Assembly (NCBI GenBank): GCA_021823685.1
Contig: JAKANL010000002.1
Location: forward strand, 15,553-79,552
Source: a bacterium
Lineage (GTDB): Bacteria; Babelota; Babeliae; Babelales; UBA12409
Length of the DNA stretch: 64,000 nt
Direction of reading: 5' to 3'
Part shown: positions 49,123 through 58,290 of the stretch, in pieces
Numbering within the stretch: the stretch's first letter is position 1
How the letters are laid out: each line of letters begins with the position of its first letter
Notes under the pieces: generated by a model
What the model was told of the DNA's origin: nothing
Seen by the model: the letters and a program-made list of their open reading frames with translations, nothing else
The model's database searches: none
Program-made: the position numbers and the translations under genes

Positions 49123-51303
49123 ATGGATACACACGCACACGAGGAAATAAACGGAACGGTTGAACGCGTCGTTTATGAAAATCTAGAGACAGGGTTCCGG
49201 ATTTTTGCGCTCGCTAGCAAAGTAGCGTCCGTTACGGTCACTGGTTGTGTTCCCCCACTGAAAGCCGGTCAAAACGTAAGCGTCACGGGGGCATGGGTTA
49301 CACACCCCAAATTTGGTAAACAATTTCAGGCGGCACAATGTGTTGTATCATTACCAGCAACTACGGCTGGTTTGTGTACCTATTTGTCATCTGGGGCACT
49401 CAAAGGCATCGGTGCTGTTTATGCCCAAAAGCTTGTCGCGGCCTTTGGCGATCAGGTACTGGAAGTAATCGATAAACGACCCGAAAAACTCAAAAAAATA
49501 AGCGGGTTGGGCGCCAAACGCATTGCCGGCATTATTGAAAGCTGGCGTGAACAAAAAGCAATCGCACACATCATGGTCTTTTTACAAGACAAAGGCATAA
49601 CGCCCGCGTATGCCTATAAAATCTACAAACGATACAACACTCAAGCAATCACCATTGTGCAAGAAAACCCCTATCGGCTTGCCGAAGAAATTTGGGGGAT
49701 TGGTTTTAAAATTGCCGATCAAATTGCCCATCAGATGGGATTTGATCATCACAGTTCGTTTCGCATACAAGCCGGCATGCTGTATGCCATCAGCCAGGCA
49801 ATCGGCTCAGGACATCTATATATCAGCATTGAAGATCTCAAAACAACCACCAAAGAGCTTCTCGGACTAACAGCGCCAGACCTCGACCGCATGCTCAAAG
49901 AAAGTTTTTCACACTTACACGCCCTGGGGAAAATCAAAATCATTAATCACTGCGATAATCATTTTGTTACCACAGCGCAGGCATATAAAAACGAACACGA
50001 CGTTGCCCAAAAAATTAAGCTGCTTCTTGGATATCCGCCGCGACTCGGATTGCCAATCGCTGCTATCTACCAAAGGCTTCGCGCACAGGACGGCACCATT
50101 CAACTCAATGAAGATCAACAACGCGGTATCATGGCTGCCATCCAGGCGAAAATCACGATCATCACTGGCGGCCCCGGCACCGGTAAAACGACATTAATTA
50201 CCCAATTGCTCGAAATTCTTGAGTGCCACTGCGTGCGCTTTAAACTTGCGGCACCAACCGGACGTGCGGCCAAACGCATGACGGAAAGTACCCGCCGGCC
50301 GGCCAGCACTATCCACCGACTACTGGAATTTGAGCCGGCAGTCATGCGATTTAAATATAACGAAGAACACACCTTACCCGTTGATGTACTTATCGTTGAC
50401 GAATCGTCCATGATCGATATCTTTTTAGCCAACGCACTCCTGAAAGCCATTCCGCTCTATGCGCACGTAATCTTTATCGGCGATACTGACCAATTACCGC
50501 CTGTTGGCGCCGGTAATTTTTTACGCGATCTCATAGCCAGTGGCTGCACCACCTGTATCAAACTTACGCATATTTTTCGTCAAGCACAGCACAGCCTCAT
50601 CACCGTCAACGCACACCGCATTAATAGCGGTGTATTTCCGGCAAGCGCGTTACCCGAAACGCGCAAAGATTTTATATGGATCAAAGAAGAAGATCCGACG
50701 ACCCTTACCAAGCATATCGAACAGCTTCTACGCGGGCTTTTAGCCAATAACCACATTGCCTCCCATGAAACCGTCGTGCTCAGCCCCATGAACCGCGGGT
50801 TGGCTGGAACACACAAACTCAATAATGACCTTCAGCAACTCCTTAATGGCAACCAAACTGAAAAATGCACCTTCGGGCTCACAGAGTTCAAAATCGGCGA
50901 CCGTGTCATGCAAATTCGTAACAATTACGAAAAATTTGTATTTAATGGCGATATGGGCACGCTATCGGCTATCAATCGTGAGGAACAAACGGTGCAGATA
51001 AGTTACGGTGATCGGGCAGTTGCATATAAATATACCGAACTTGACGAAGTGGTACTTGCGTACGCGATAACTGTGCATAAAAGCCAGGGATCGGAATACC
51101 CCGCCGTCATCATTCCATTATTCTGCCAACACTTCACCTTACTTGCCAGAAACTTATTATATACCGCCATTACACGAGCAAAAAAATTATGTATCATAAT
51201 AGGGCAACCTAAAGCGATAGCAATCGCCATAAAAAACAACAAAAGTGTGGCACGAAAAACATTTTTAAAAGAATTTTTGACGCAAGAGGTAACGTGTTTA
51301 TAA
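49123..51303 (+). CDS. recD2: RecD2-type SF1B ATP-dependent DNA helicase (RecD/TraA family)
   Basis: 726 aa. Motifs ITGGPGTGKTT, LIVDESSM, GDTDQLPPVG and AITVHKSQGSEYPAVII are present. Confidence 0.9.
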   Translation: MDTHAHEEINGTVERVVYENLETGFRIFALASKVASVTVTGCVPPLKAGQNVSVTGAWVTHPKFGKQFQAAQCVVSLPATTAGLCTYLSSGALKGIGAVYAQKLVAAFGDQVLEVIDKRPEKLKKISGLGAKRIAGIIESWREQKAIAHIMVFLQDKGITPAYAYKIYKRYNTQAITIVQENPYRLAEEIWGIGFKIADQIAHQMGFDHHSSFRIQAGMLYAISQAIGSGHLYISIEDLKTTTKELLGLTAPDLDRMLKESFSHLHALGKIKIINHCDNHFVTTAQAYKNEHDVAQKIKLLLGYPPRLGLPIAAIYQRLRAQDGTIQLNEDQQRGIMAAIQAKITIITGGPGTGKTTLITQLLEILECHCVRFKLAAPTGRAAKRMTESTRRPASTIHRLLEFEPAVMRFKYNEEHTLPVDVLIVDESSMIDIFLANALLKAIPLYAHVIFIGDTDQLPPVGAGNFLRDLIASGCTTCIKLTHIFRQAQHSLITVNAHRINSGVFPASALPETRKDFIWIKEEDPTTLTKHIEQLLRGLLANNHIASHETVVLSPMNRGLAGTHKLNNDLQQLLNGNQTEKCTFGLTEFKIGDRVMQIRNNYEKFVFNGDMGTLSAINREEQTVQISYGDRAVAYKYTELDEVVLAYAITVHKSQGSEYPAVIIPLFCQHFTLLARNLLYTAITRAKKLCIIIGQPKAIAIAIKNNKSVARKTFLKEFLTQEVTCL

Positions 51304-51938
51304 AAAAATGCATTATTTTCGCACTGGCCCTCAGCGCATATACAACGTGCAGCGCATTTTGGGGTTCTTCTAACCGCAGAACAATCATGCTCAGCCCGGC
51401 TGGCGACGCGCAAAATCCTGGTCGCGCACTCTTTGATAGTTTCGAGCGTGGTGTTGCACGGCAGTTAGCAGAAGCGCTTAAAAAAAGGCTGGAAAACGAA
51501 CTTAATATTCGCGTTGTATTGACCCACGAAGCTGGTGAATCAGTTACCCAAGAACAAAAAGCAACGTTTGCCAACCGACTGAAGGTTGATCTTTACCTGG
51601 CTTTGAGCGTCATTCCGGGTGATCGCCTTACGCTCAGTTCGTTGTATTACAAAACAGCTAATATGCCGTTACAGCCCAGCAGCAAGCTGAGTCTTTACCC
51701 GAGCACACAGGCATATCTTTTTAACGCACAAAAAACATCCAACTGGGCGTCACTTTTTTCAAAACAATCCGTAACATCCTTACTCTACAACCGCGCGTTA
51801 GGAGCACCGATAAAATCTCTTGAGGGCATTCTTGCCCCGGCATTCGATGTTGAAATGACGATAACGGCGTTAGGCGATGTGTACAGCTATCTGGAACCGC
51901 TCAGCGCAGCTCTGAAGGAGATGCTCCATGAACAATAA
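51294..51938 (+). CDS. Amidase_3 (AmiA/B/C-type)-like protein with degenerate zinc site, secreted
   Basis: IMLSPAGDAQNPGRALFDSFERGVARQLAEALKKRLE…VVLTHEAGESV…ANRLKVDLYLALSV aligns by eye to ivIDpGHGGkDpGa…Ekd…v.ltR…an..kaDlfiSiH. The two His ligands are replaced (A and V). Confidence 0.45.
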   Translation: MFIKKCIIFALALSAYTTCSAFWGSSNRRTIMLSPAGDAQNPGRALFDSFERGVARQLAEALKKRLENELNIRVVLTHEAGESVTQEQKATFANRLKVDLYLALSVIPGDRLTLSSLYYKTANMPLQPSSKLSLYPSTQAYLFNAQKTSNWASLFSKQSVTSLLYNRALGAPIKSLEGILAPAFDVEMTITALGDVYSYLEPLSAALKEMLHEQ

Positions 51939-52470
51939 TTATAAAAAATTAATCATCGTAGCTGGCATATGCTTTGCCGTGGGCGTTTCATATTACGGTT
52001 GGCACCGCGAATGGTTTGCCTTTCGAACACCACTTTGGCCATCAACAGCACCATCCAGACCATCAACGTATACCAAATACAGAGCAACGCTTTTTGCCTG
52101 GCGCAACCAGCAATGGGTAAAAGAATTCAGCGAGATTTTACGCTCAGAGTACGAAGCTGAAAACGCCAAGATCTTGCTGCAGACCCTGTTTAATTTTTTG
52201 CATGAAGAAAAAATACTAGCAAAAAAAGTAACCGTAGAATGCGTGATGGCGGAAATTACCGGCCAAGAGCTGATCGTTTGCTTGGACAAAAACCTATTTT
52301 CAAAACAAATAGCTACATACGATAAAATCATGGTCATGAATGGCATACTCAAAACGCTCAAGGAAAACGATATTACCCGACCGCTCATTCGTTTTTTGGT
52401 TAATCATCAACCGATGAACGACGCGCATCTCGATTTTTCCATCGCCTGGCCGCTTGAAGGTTTTGCCTAA
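51928..52470 (+). CDS. GerMN-like domain protein with N-terminal TM anchor
   Basis: The anchor is LIIVAGICFAVGVSYYGW. The C-terminal pattern LIVCLDKNLFSK…IMVMNGILKTLKEN…IRFLVNHQP resembles GerMN. The gene overlaps the upstream one by 11 nt. Confidence 0.35.
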   Translation: MNNNYKKLIIVAGICFAVGVSYYGWHREWFAFRTPLWPSTAPSRPSTYTKYRATLFAWRNQQWVKEFSEILRSEYEAENAKILLQTLFNFLHEEKILAKKVTVECVMAEITGQELIVCLDKNLFSKQIATYDKIMVMNGILKTLKENDITRPLIRFLVNHQPMNDAHLDFSIAWPLEGFA

Positions 52471-52549
52471 ACCTTGCCCACACCGCCTTTTTCTTGAATA
52501 TGTGCTTGCCAACGTGCAATAATGAATACGATTAAAAAAGGGGACACTG

Positions 52550-53386
52550 ATGTTTAAAAAGCAATTGGCAGGGATTTATCTGCTCTGTTTTTTTGGATCC
52601 GTCTACACCATGCAAAATACGCCGCAATCGCGCCCGGCCGTAATCGCAGACATTAATTCGGTTATCACACAAAATATAGACAAGAAAAAAGATGCACTTT
52701 GCTCAGAGCTAAAATGTGGAACGTTTATGTTATGGCTCAAATTGCAGTTCGCATTTAGACAACCAATATATAGCGAAGCATCGGCACAAAGCACGTTTTT
52801 TGATTTCTTAGATGCCATTCCCGTAGAAAATCAACAGCCCGTCGTTCGCTGGCACCACCAAAAGCTTCCTCGTATCATGGCCGCCTGGATACTTGATAAA
52901 ACGCTCACGACAAGACATGTCATGGATCGCGCTGAATCTTACTTCACAGAACAGGGTTATTCTGAAGCAGACAAAAGTGTATATCAGGCCATGGTAAAAA
53001 CAACGTTCGAACAAGAAACCCTTGCCAAAACATCAGACCCCAATGAAAAAATACTACGCATATTAGGCGATTACCGCCAGCAAGGGCGCCCAACGTATCT
53101 CATCGGCCATTGTGCGCCAGAATCACACAAGTTAATCGCCCAGAAGGCCAAAGATGTTCTTGCGCAATTTACGGGTGTTCTCTTTTCTTACCAGGCACCC
53201 GATGTTACGTCACAGACCCTTTTTAATCGTTCTTGGTGGCTTGAACACCTCAAACTGCCATCTGATCAGCAACATATTTTTATTGACGATGGCTCACTGG
53301 AGTCTGACCAAACACCAGTTATGAAGCAGACAGAGAGTGTGAAGTTGTTCGACTCAGAAAGAACCATATCGCCCGTACGAATATAA
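52550..53386 (+). CDS. Hypothetical secreted protein (weak HAD-like hints)
   Basis: The leader is LAGIYLLCFFGSVYT. VIADINSV and HIFIDDGS are faintly reminiscent of HAD motifs I and IV. Not assignable. Confidence 0.4.
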   Translation: MFKKQLAGIYLLCFFGSVYTMQNTPQSRPAVIADINSVITQNIDKKKDALCSELKCGTFMLWLKLQFAFRQPIYSEASAQSTFFDFLDAIPVENQQPVVRWHHQKLPRIMAAWILDKTLTTRHVMDRAESYFTEQGYSEADKSVYQAMVKTTFEQETLAKTSDPNEKILRILGDYRQQGRPTYLIGHCAPESHKLIAQKAKDVLAQFTGVLFSYQAPDVTSQTLFNRSWWLEHLKLPSDQQHIFIDDGSLESDQTPVMKQTESVKLFDSERTISPVRI

Positions 53387-53463
53387 CCGACACAGCGCAA
53401 ATACTTGATAAAAATTCATGCGGTTAATATGCTTAAAACCAGGTTATTTCTAAGGGGTATAAA

Positions 53464-54237
53464 ATGCGTATTTTTCTGAAAAAAAGTTTATTATTGCTCG
53501 TTGTGGCAAGCAGTTTTTTTGCCTCACCATGCCTGGCCTTATCGGAACTTGCCCGAACTAAAGGTTTTGTGTATCTCAATGAAGTAGATCCAACCATTCT
53601 CGTTTCTTTGCGCTATATCACACCAAAAAACTTTGTAGGCACACCGGTCGATGGCTATAAAAAGCCACATCTCGTTCTAACCAGGCAAGCAGCTGAAGCT
53701 CTCAAAAAGGTGCAAGCTGACGTTAAAAAAGACGGCTACAGTTTGGTTGTTTATGACGCTTATCGTCCGCAACAAGCCGTCGACCACTTTGTGCGCTGGA
53801 GTAAAAGCACGGATCAATCAACCAAAGCCCAATATTATCCATACGTCGATAAAACCAAAGTTTTTGAGTTAGGCTACATCGCGGAACGTTCGGGCCATAG
53901 CCGCGGGAGCACGATTGATCTTACCATCATCAAAGACGGCGAGACTCCCCACGAAATTCAGGAGAGCGAACGCATATTACTTGATGGAAAGCCAATTAAG
54001 TTCCTTGATGATGGCACGGTGGACATGGGTTCGTCATTTGATTTCTTTGGGCCAGCGTCACACTTTGAAAATGATTTGATTGAAAAAGAATTTAAGGCCC
54101 GCCGCGCGTATCTGAAAACCATTATGGAAAAGCACGGCTTTAAAGATTACGCCGAAGAATGGTGGCATTTTACCTTAAAAAATGAACCGTATCCCGCAGA
54201 CCAAGACAGCAGCTACTTTAATTTCGCCATCGACTAG
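53464..54237 (+). CDS. Secreted D-alanyl-D-alanine dipeptidase (VanX/DdpX, peptidase M15D)
   Basis: The signal peptide is LLLLVVASSFFASPCLA. Motifs are YDAYRPQQAV, SGHSRGSTIDLTI and EEWWHFTL. Confidence 0.8.
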   Translation: MRIFLKKSLLLLVVASSFFASPCLALSELARTKGFVYLNEVDPTILVSLRYITPKNFVGTPVDGYKKPHLVLTRQAAEALKKVQADVKKDGYSLVVYDAYRPQQAVDHFVRWSKSTDQSTKAQYYPYVDKTKVFELGYIAERSGHSRGSTIDLTIIKDGETPHEIQESERILLDGKPIKFLDDGTVDMGSSFDFFGPASHFENDLIEKEFKARRAYLKTIMEKHGFKDYAEEWWHFTLKNEPYPADQDSSYFNFAID

Positions 54238-54284
54238 ACCTCGTACCTTTGAACGATTCAGTCGTCTGTTTGGTATCGATTTTT

Positions 54285-54313
54285 TTGACAAAGATCCGCA
54301 AAAATCGTAGACT
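54285..54313 (+). promoter_or_regulatory. Candidate sigma70 promoter for the second dipeptidase gene
   Basis: TTGACA (54285-54290), 17-nt spacer, TAGACT (54308-54313). Confidence 0.5.
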
Positions 54314-54368
54314 GAAAGTTAATTTACAGTAAAAACGTGTCGGTTTTCATGAATACGCAAGGGGTCTT

Positions 54369-55004
54369 ATGAACAAAAACATGCTTTTTGCCGCAGGTAT
54401 CGTTTTTGGCCTATCAACGGCAAGCATATCCGCCATGCAGGGCCAGTTAGTAAAAATCAAGGACGTTAATCCAACCATTCAAACATATCTTGTGTTTGCA
54501 ACGCCGGATAATTTCACCGGGCAAAAAGTATACGCCAGCGACAAGTGCTACGTTTTGAAAGAAGTAGCCGAAAATCTTGATATCATCCAAAAAAAACTTA
54601 ATCTCATAGGGCTTGGACTACTCATTATCGATGGCTATCGCCCCCTTTCGGCTCAGCAAAAATTCTGGGATTTAATCCAGGACGAACGATATGTTTCAAA
54701 CCCAGCAAAAAATGGCGGCCGCCATACGCGCGGAACAGCCGTAGATGTTCTCATCATCGACCTGAAAACGGGACATCCGCTGCCATTTCCTCTCAAGATT
54801 TCGGATCTTAAAGATTCTTCATATTTCTCGCCTAAAGTTTGTCACGGACATATGGATCTCCCCGAGGAACAAATACACAATCGTGAATTTCTCAAAAAGA
54901 TCATGACCGAAAACGGGTTTGAATCATATCCGTATGAGTTTTGGCACTATGATCTCGTGGGATGGCAAAATCATCCCGCGCTAACATTCGAACCTGAAGT
55001 ATAA
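54369..55004 (+). CDS. Secreted D-alanyl-D-alanine dipeptidase paralogue (VanX/DdpX family)
   Basis: The signal peptide is LFAAGIVFGLSTASISA. Motifs are DGYRPLSAQQ, GGRHTRGTAVDVLI and YEFWHYDL. Confidence 0.8.
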   Translation: MNKNMLFAAGIVFGLSTASISAMQGQLVKIKDVNPTIQTYLVFATPDNFTGQKVYASDKCYVLKEVAENLDIIQKKLNLIGLGLLIIDGYRPLSAQQKFWDLIQDERYVSNPAKNGGRHTRGTAVDVLIIDLKTGHPLPFPLKISDLKDSSYFSPKVCHGHMDLPEEQIHNREFLKKIMTENGFESYPYEFWHYDLVGWQNHPALTFEPEV

Positions 55005-55033
55005 CCATTAAACCATGTTTTTTTGGAGACACG

Positions 55034-55648
55034 ATGTATAATCGTAAATTATTTTTCATCACAAGCGCTTTTTTAACCGCATTGATCGGCACATCCGCAA
55101 TGGCTATGATGGCCGCTTCGACGTTCCGCACAAAAGGGGGGCATGTTGCCATCATAGAACAAGTAACCACGAAAGATTTAAGCGCTGAGGCAGCCGTCTT
55201 TCACGATGCATTCGTCGAATCATACACCAAGCTTCCCGCAATCGTGGAAGCTGTGCTCAAAAAACATCCAACCCTTGAAGCATTTTTGACCAAGGCATTT
55301 GAAGACGAAATTGCCGATTTTGCCAGCAAAAAAGATGGTGCCTACTTCCTCCATGCGGTTATCGATGGCAAGGTCGTCGCTTATATGTCTTTTGACGTAA
55401 AAGACAAAGAAGCCTATGTCAGAGAGCTAGCCGTTTCGCCGCAATATCAGGGGATAGGTCTTGGCAAAGAACTTGGGAAAACTATTTTCAGAATAAAGCC
55501 AGAAATAACCACCGTCCGGGGTGTTACACGCCGTGCAAACCTTCCCGCCCTCGGCAGCTACAAGCATCTCGGCCTTGTTGAAAGCTCTGTTGGCCACGAA
55601 GGATTTGATCCAAGCGTTTACGTTGGCTTGGAATATACCAGAAAGTAA
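55034..55648 (+). CDS. GNAT-family acetyltransferase with N-terminal signal-like leader
   Basis: The leader is LFFITSAFLTALIGTSAMA. The acetyl-CoA motif A is VRELAVSPQYQGIGLGKELG. Confidence 0.7.
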   Translation: MYNRKLFFITSAFLTALIGTSAMAMMAASTFRTKGGHVAIIEQVTTKDLSAEAAVFHDAFVESYTKLPAIVEAVLKKHPTLEAFLTKAFEDEIADFASKKDGAYFLHAVIDGKVVAYMSFDVKDKEAYVRELAVSPQYQGIGLGKELGKTIFRIKPEITTVRGVTRRANLPALGSYKHLGLVESSVGHEGFDPSVYVGLEYTRK

Positions 55649-55660
55649 TAAAGGATAATC

Positions 55661-56614
55661 ATGACACAAGCCCCATTACGCGTTGAGGGGCTCACCAAAC
55701 AGTTCGGGGTGGGTTTATTTGCTCGTTACATCCGCAAGCAATCGCCCTTCACTGCGGTCAATAACATCTCGTTTTCCCTCAAAGAAGGTGAAATTTTAGG
55801 CTTTCTTGGCCCCAACGGCGCCGGAAAGACAACCACCATTCAAATGCTCTTGGACGTCTTAACGCCAACAAGTGGCTCGGTGTATTACCTGGGCAAAAAA
55901 TTAACTAAAAATCGTTCGGTTTTACAAAATGTATCTTTTGCCAGCGGTTATTCGCGTCTACCTAGCTCGCTCACCGTACGACAATGTTTAACCGTCTATG
56001 GATTGCTCTATGATTTGCCGCTTAAAACGATCAAACCGCGCATTGAGCACGTGTTACGCGAATTCGATATTATGCATCTGGCTGAACGTAACGCATCGAC
56101 GCTTTCAGCCGGACAAACTACCTGTGTGTTACTTGCGCGTGCGTTTTTGGTTAACCCTTCCGTTGTTCTCATGGACGAACCAACGGCAGCACTCGATCCG
56201 GAAAATGCACACCGCGTTCGCGCATTCATCAAAAAACAAAACAAACTCAGTGCCGTCTCGATTTTATTTACCTCGCATAATATGATCGAAGTGGCCGAAT
56301 TATGCGATCGGATACTCATTCTCAAACAGGGCGCGATTATCGCCGATAACACGCCGGAATTTTTGGCCGCAAGCGTTTCACGCGCCCATGTTCAGCTCGT
56401 AGCAGTGGATAGCCTGCCCGGATTAGAATCGTACGCCAAGGCGCAAGGGCTTGAATACCACACAGAAGAAAAGCACATTACGATTGTTGTCGAAGAACAC
56501 GCGATAGCAAAATTACTTGCCGGTATTGCACAGCAAGGGTTGGCATACGATCAAATTTCGATTGAAAAACCGTCGCTAGAAGATTACTTCTTATCCATTG
56601 CGCGAAAAGGGTAA
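55661..56614 (+). CDS. ABC transporter ATP-binding protein (ABC-2 / DrrA-like)
   Basis: Walker A is GPNGAGKTTT, the signature is LSAGQTT, and Walker B is VVLMDEPTAALD. Confidence 0.9.
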   Translation: MTQAPLRVEGLTKQFGVGLFARYIRKQSPFTAVNNISFSLKEGEILGFLGPNGAGKTTTIQMLLDVLTPTSGSVYYLGKKLTKNRSVLQNVSFASGYSRLPSSLTVRQCLTVYGLLYDLPLKTIKPRIEHVLREFDIMHLAERNASTLSAGQTTCVLLARAFLVNPSVVLMDEPTAALDPENAHRVRAFIKKQNKLSAVSILFTSHNMIEVAELCDRILILKQGAIIADNTPEFLAASVSRAHVQLVAVDSLPGLESYAKAQGLEYHTEEKHITIVVEEHAIAKLLAGIAQQGLAYDQISIEKPSLEDYFLSIARKG

Positions 56615-57417
56615 TGATGATTTGTTTCAGACACATTACAGCTGTTTTACTCAGGCACATTATTTCTTTGGCGCGCATTTCCTGGCTCGTAGAGATTACC
56701 TACTGGACAACTCTTGATCTTATTATTTTCGGTTCTATTGGACGAGCCGTAACATTGGCTAACGCAGGTCCGGCGGCTTTGGGAACGCTTCATGCACTCG
56801 TTGCCAGCGTCGTGCTTTGGTATGTGGTACTACGCAGCGGCATAACGATCGGTTTTGCGTTCTTGAATGAACTCTTTGATAGCAACCTCACCGCACTTTT
56901 TGCGACACCCCTTACCACCTTGGAGTGGATGGTAGCCATAGGCCTTACCAGCACACTAGCCGCGATCACAAATTTTACTACTGGATGGGCGATGGCATGG
57001 ATTATTTTCGATTATAATTTACTTTCAATTGGCTGGCCGCTTCTGACAACCATTGTCTCACTACTCATTTCAGGATGGGGACTCGGGCTTTTCATCATGA
57101 GCTTTTTAATGTTTATTGGCAAAAAGGGAACATCGATGACCTTTGCGCTTTGTTGGTCATTGGTGCCATTCAGCGGTGTATATTATCCGGTCAGCGTCTT
57201 GCCGCCTATGCTGCAGGCAATTGCCCAGTATATCCCCATGGCGCACGCCTTTGAGGCGATTCGCCAATACGTTACAACCCAAGCAAGCCCCTGGCACCAC
57301 CTAGTAACCAGCTTATGGCTCAACGCAATATTTGTGCTTTTAGCCATGATCGTTTTTCACTGGTCACTGAAAATAAGCAAAAACCGCGGATTGGCACGGC
57401 TCGAATTGGAGTGGTAA
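56614..57417 (+). CDS. ABC-2 type permease
   Basis: Six-TM hydrophobic protein. TAATG start/stop overlap with the ATPase gene. Confidence 0.75.
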   Translation: MMICFRHITAVLLRHIISLARISWLVEITYWTTLDLIIFGSIGRAVTLANAGPAALGTLHALVASVVLWYVVLRSGITIGFAFLNELFDSNLTALFATPLTTLEWMVAIGLTSTLAAITNFTTGWAMAWIIFDYNLLSIGWPLLTTIVSLLISGWGLGLFIMSFLMFIGKKGTSMTFALCWSLVPFSGVYYPVSVLPPMLQAIAQYIPMAHAFEAIRQYVTTQASPWHHLVTSLWLNAIFVLLAMIVFHWSLKISKNRGLARLELEW

Positions 57418-57418
57418 C

Positions 57419-58207
57419 ATGCGCATGCGCCGCATAGCGGGTGTCGTTATGACCCACTGCGTTGAATATCTAAAAAAATCGGAGTGGCTTGAAATTATCG
57501 TGTGGTGGATCACCAACATATTGATGTTCGGTTTTTTGGGAAAATCGGTAACGCTTATCACCGCCAATCCAACCACCGGGCTCATGATTATTATTGCCAT
57601 TGTTGCCGCCAGACCGGTTATCATGCAGGGCTCGGCAGGCATGGGGCGTGTTATCACCGACGAACTTTCCGGACATACATTCACCGCATCAATGGCAACG
57701 CCTATAACCTTTTTGGAATGGACGGTGGCAACTGGAATTGTTGGTTCGATCGGTACACTTATCCGTTGGGCGCTTGGTTACGTGCTCGTAATTCTTTTTT
57801 TTAACGTGAGCAGCCTCGTGCTTGCTGGCAAACTCCTTCTTCTTATGTTCCCCCTCTTAATCACCGGCTGGATTTTTGGCGTGTATTTATCAGCGATGGC
57901 ATATGGTATGGGCAAAAAGAGCATTTCTTTTATCAAAGTTTTGGGGTGGTCGGTGGTAACCATTAGTGGAACATGGTGCCCGGTATCAGCACTGCCACAC
58001 GCACTTCAAAAGATCGCCTGGCTTTCGCCAATGACCTATGTTTTTGAAGGACTGCGCGCGCAATTAACAACCGGCACTATGATCTGGCCAAACATAACAA
58101 CGAGTCTGGCGCTTAACGCATGTTACTTAGTACCTGCCGTTCTTATCGCTTTAACCATGTTCAAACAGGCAAAAAAGAACGGTTTTACTCAGCTAGAGAC
58201 AAAGTAA
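57419..58207 (+). CDS. ABC-2 type permease, paralogue of the 56614 gene
   Basis: Collinear with the upstream permease (…LEWMVA… versus …LEWTVATG…; YIPMAHAFEAIRQ versus LSPMTYVFEGLRAQ). It starts 1 nt after the upstream stop. Confidence 0.75.
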   Translation: MRMRRIAGVVMTHCVEYLKKSEWLEIIVWWITNILMFGFLGKSVTLITANPTTGLMIIIAIVAARPVIMQGSAGMGRVITDELSGHTFTASMATPITFLEWTVATGIVGSIGTLIRWALGYVLVILFFNVSSLVLAGKLLLLMFPLLITGWIFGVYLSAMAYGMGKKSISFIKVLGWSVVTISGTWCPVSALPHALQKIAWLSPMTYVFEGLRAQLTTGTMIWPNITTSLALNACYLVPAVLIALTMFKQAKKNGFTQLETK

Positions 58208-58290
58208 CAATTTGAAAACTCTTGTGCAGATCTAGCAGTCCAGTATATAATCTGTATAGATACTCGGGGAAAAATCGCACGGAGTAAACG

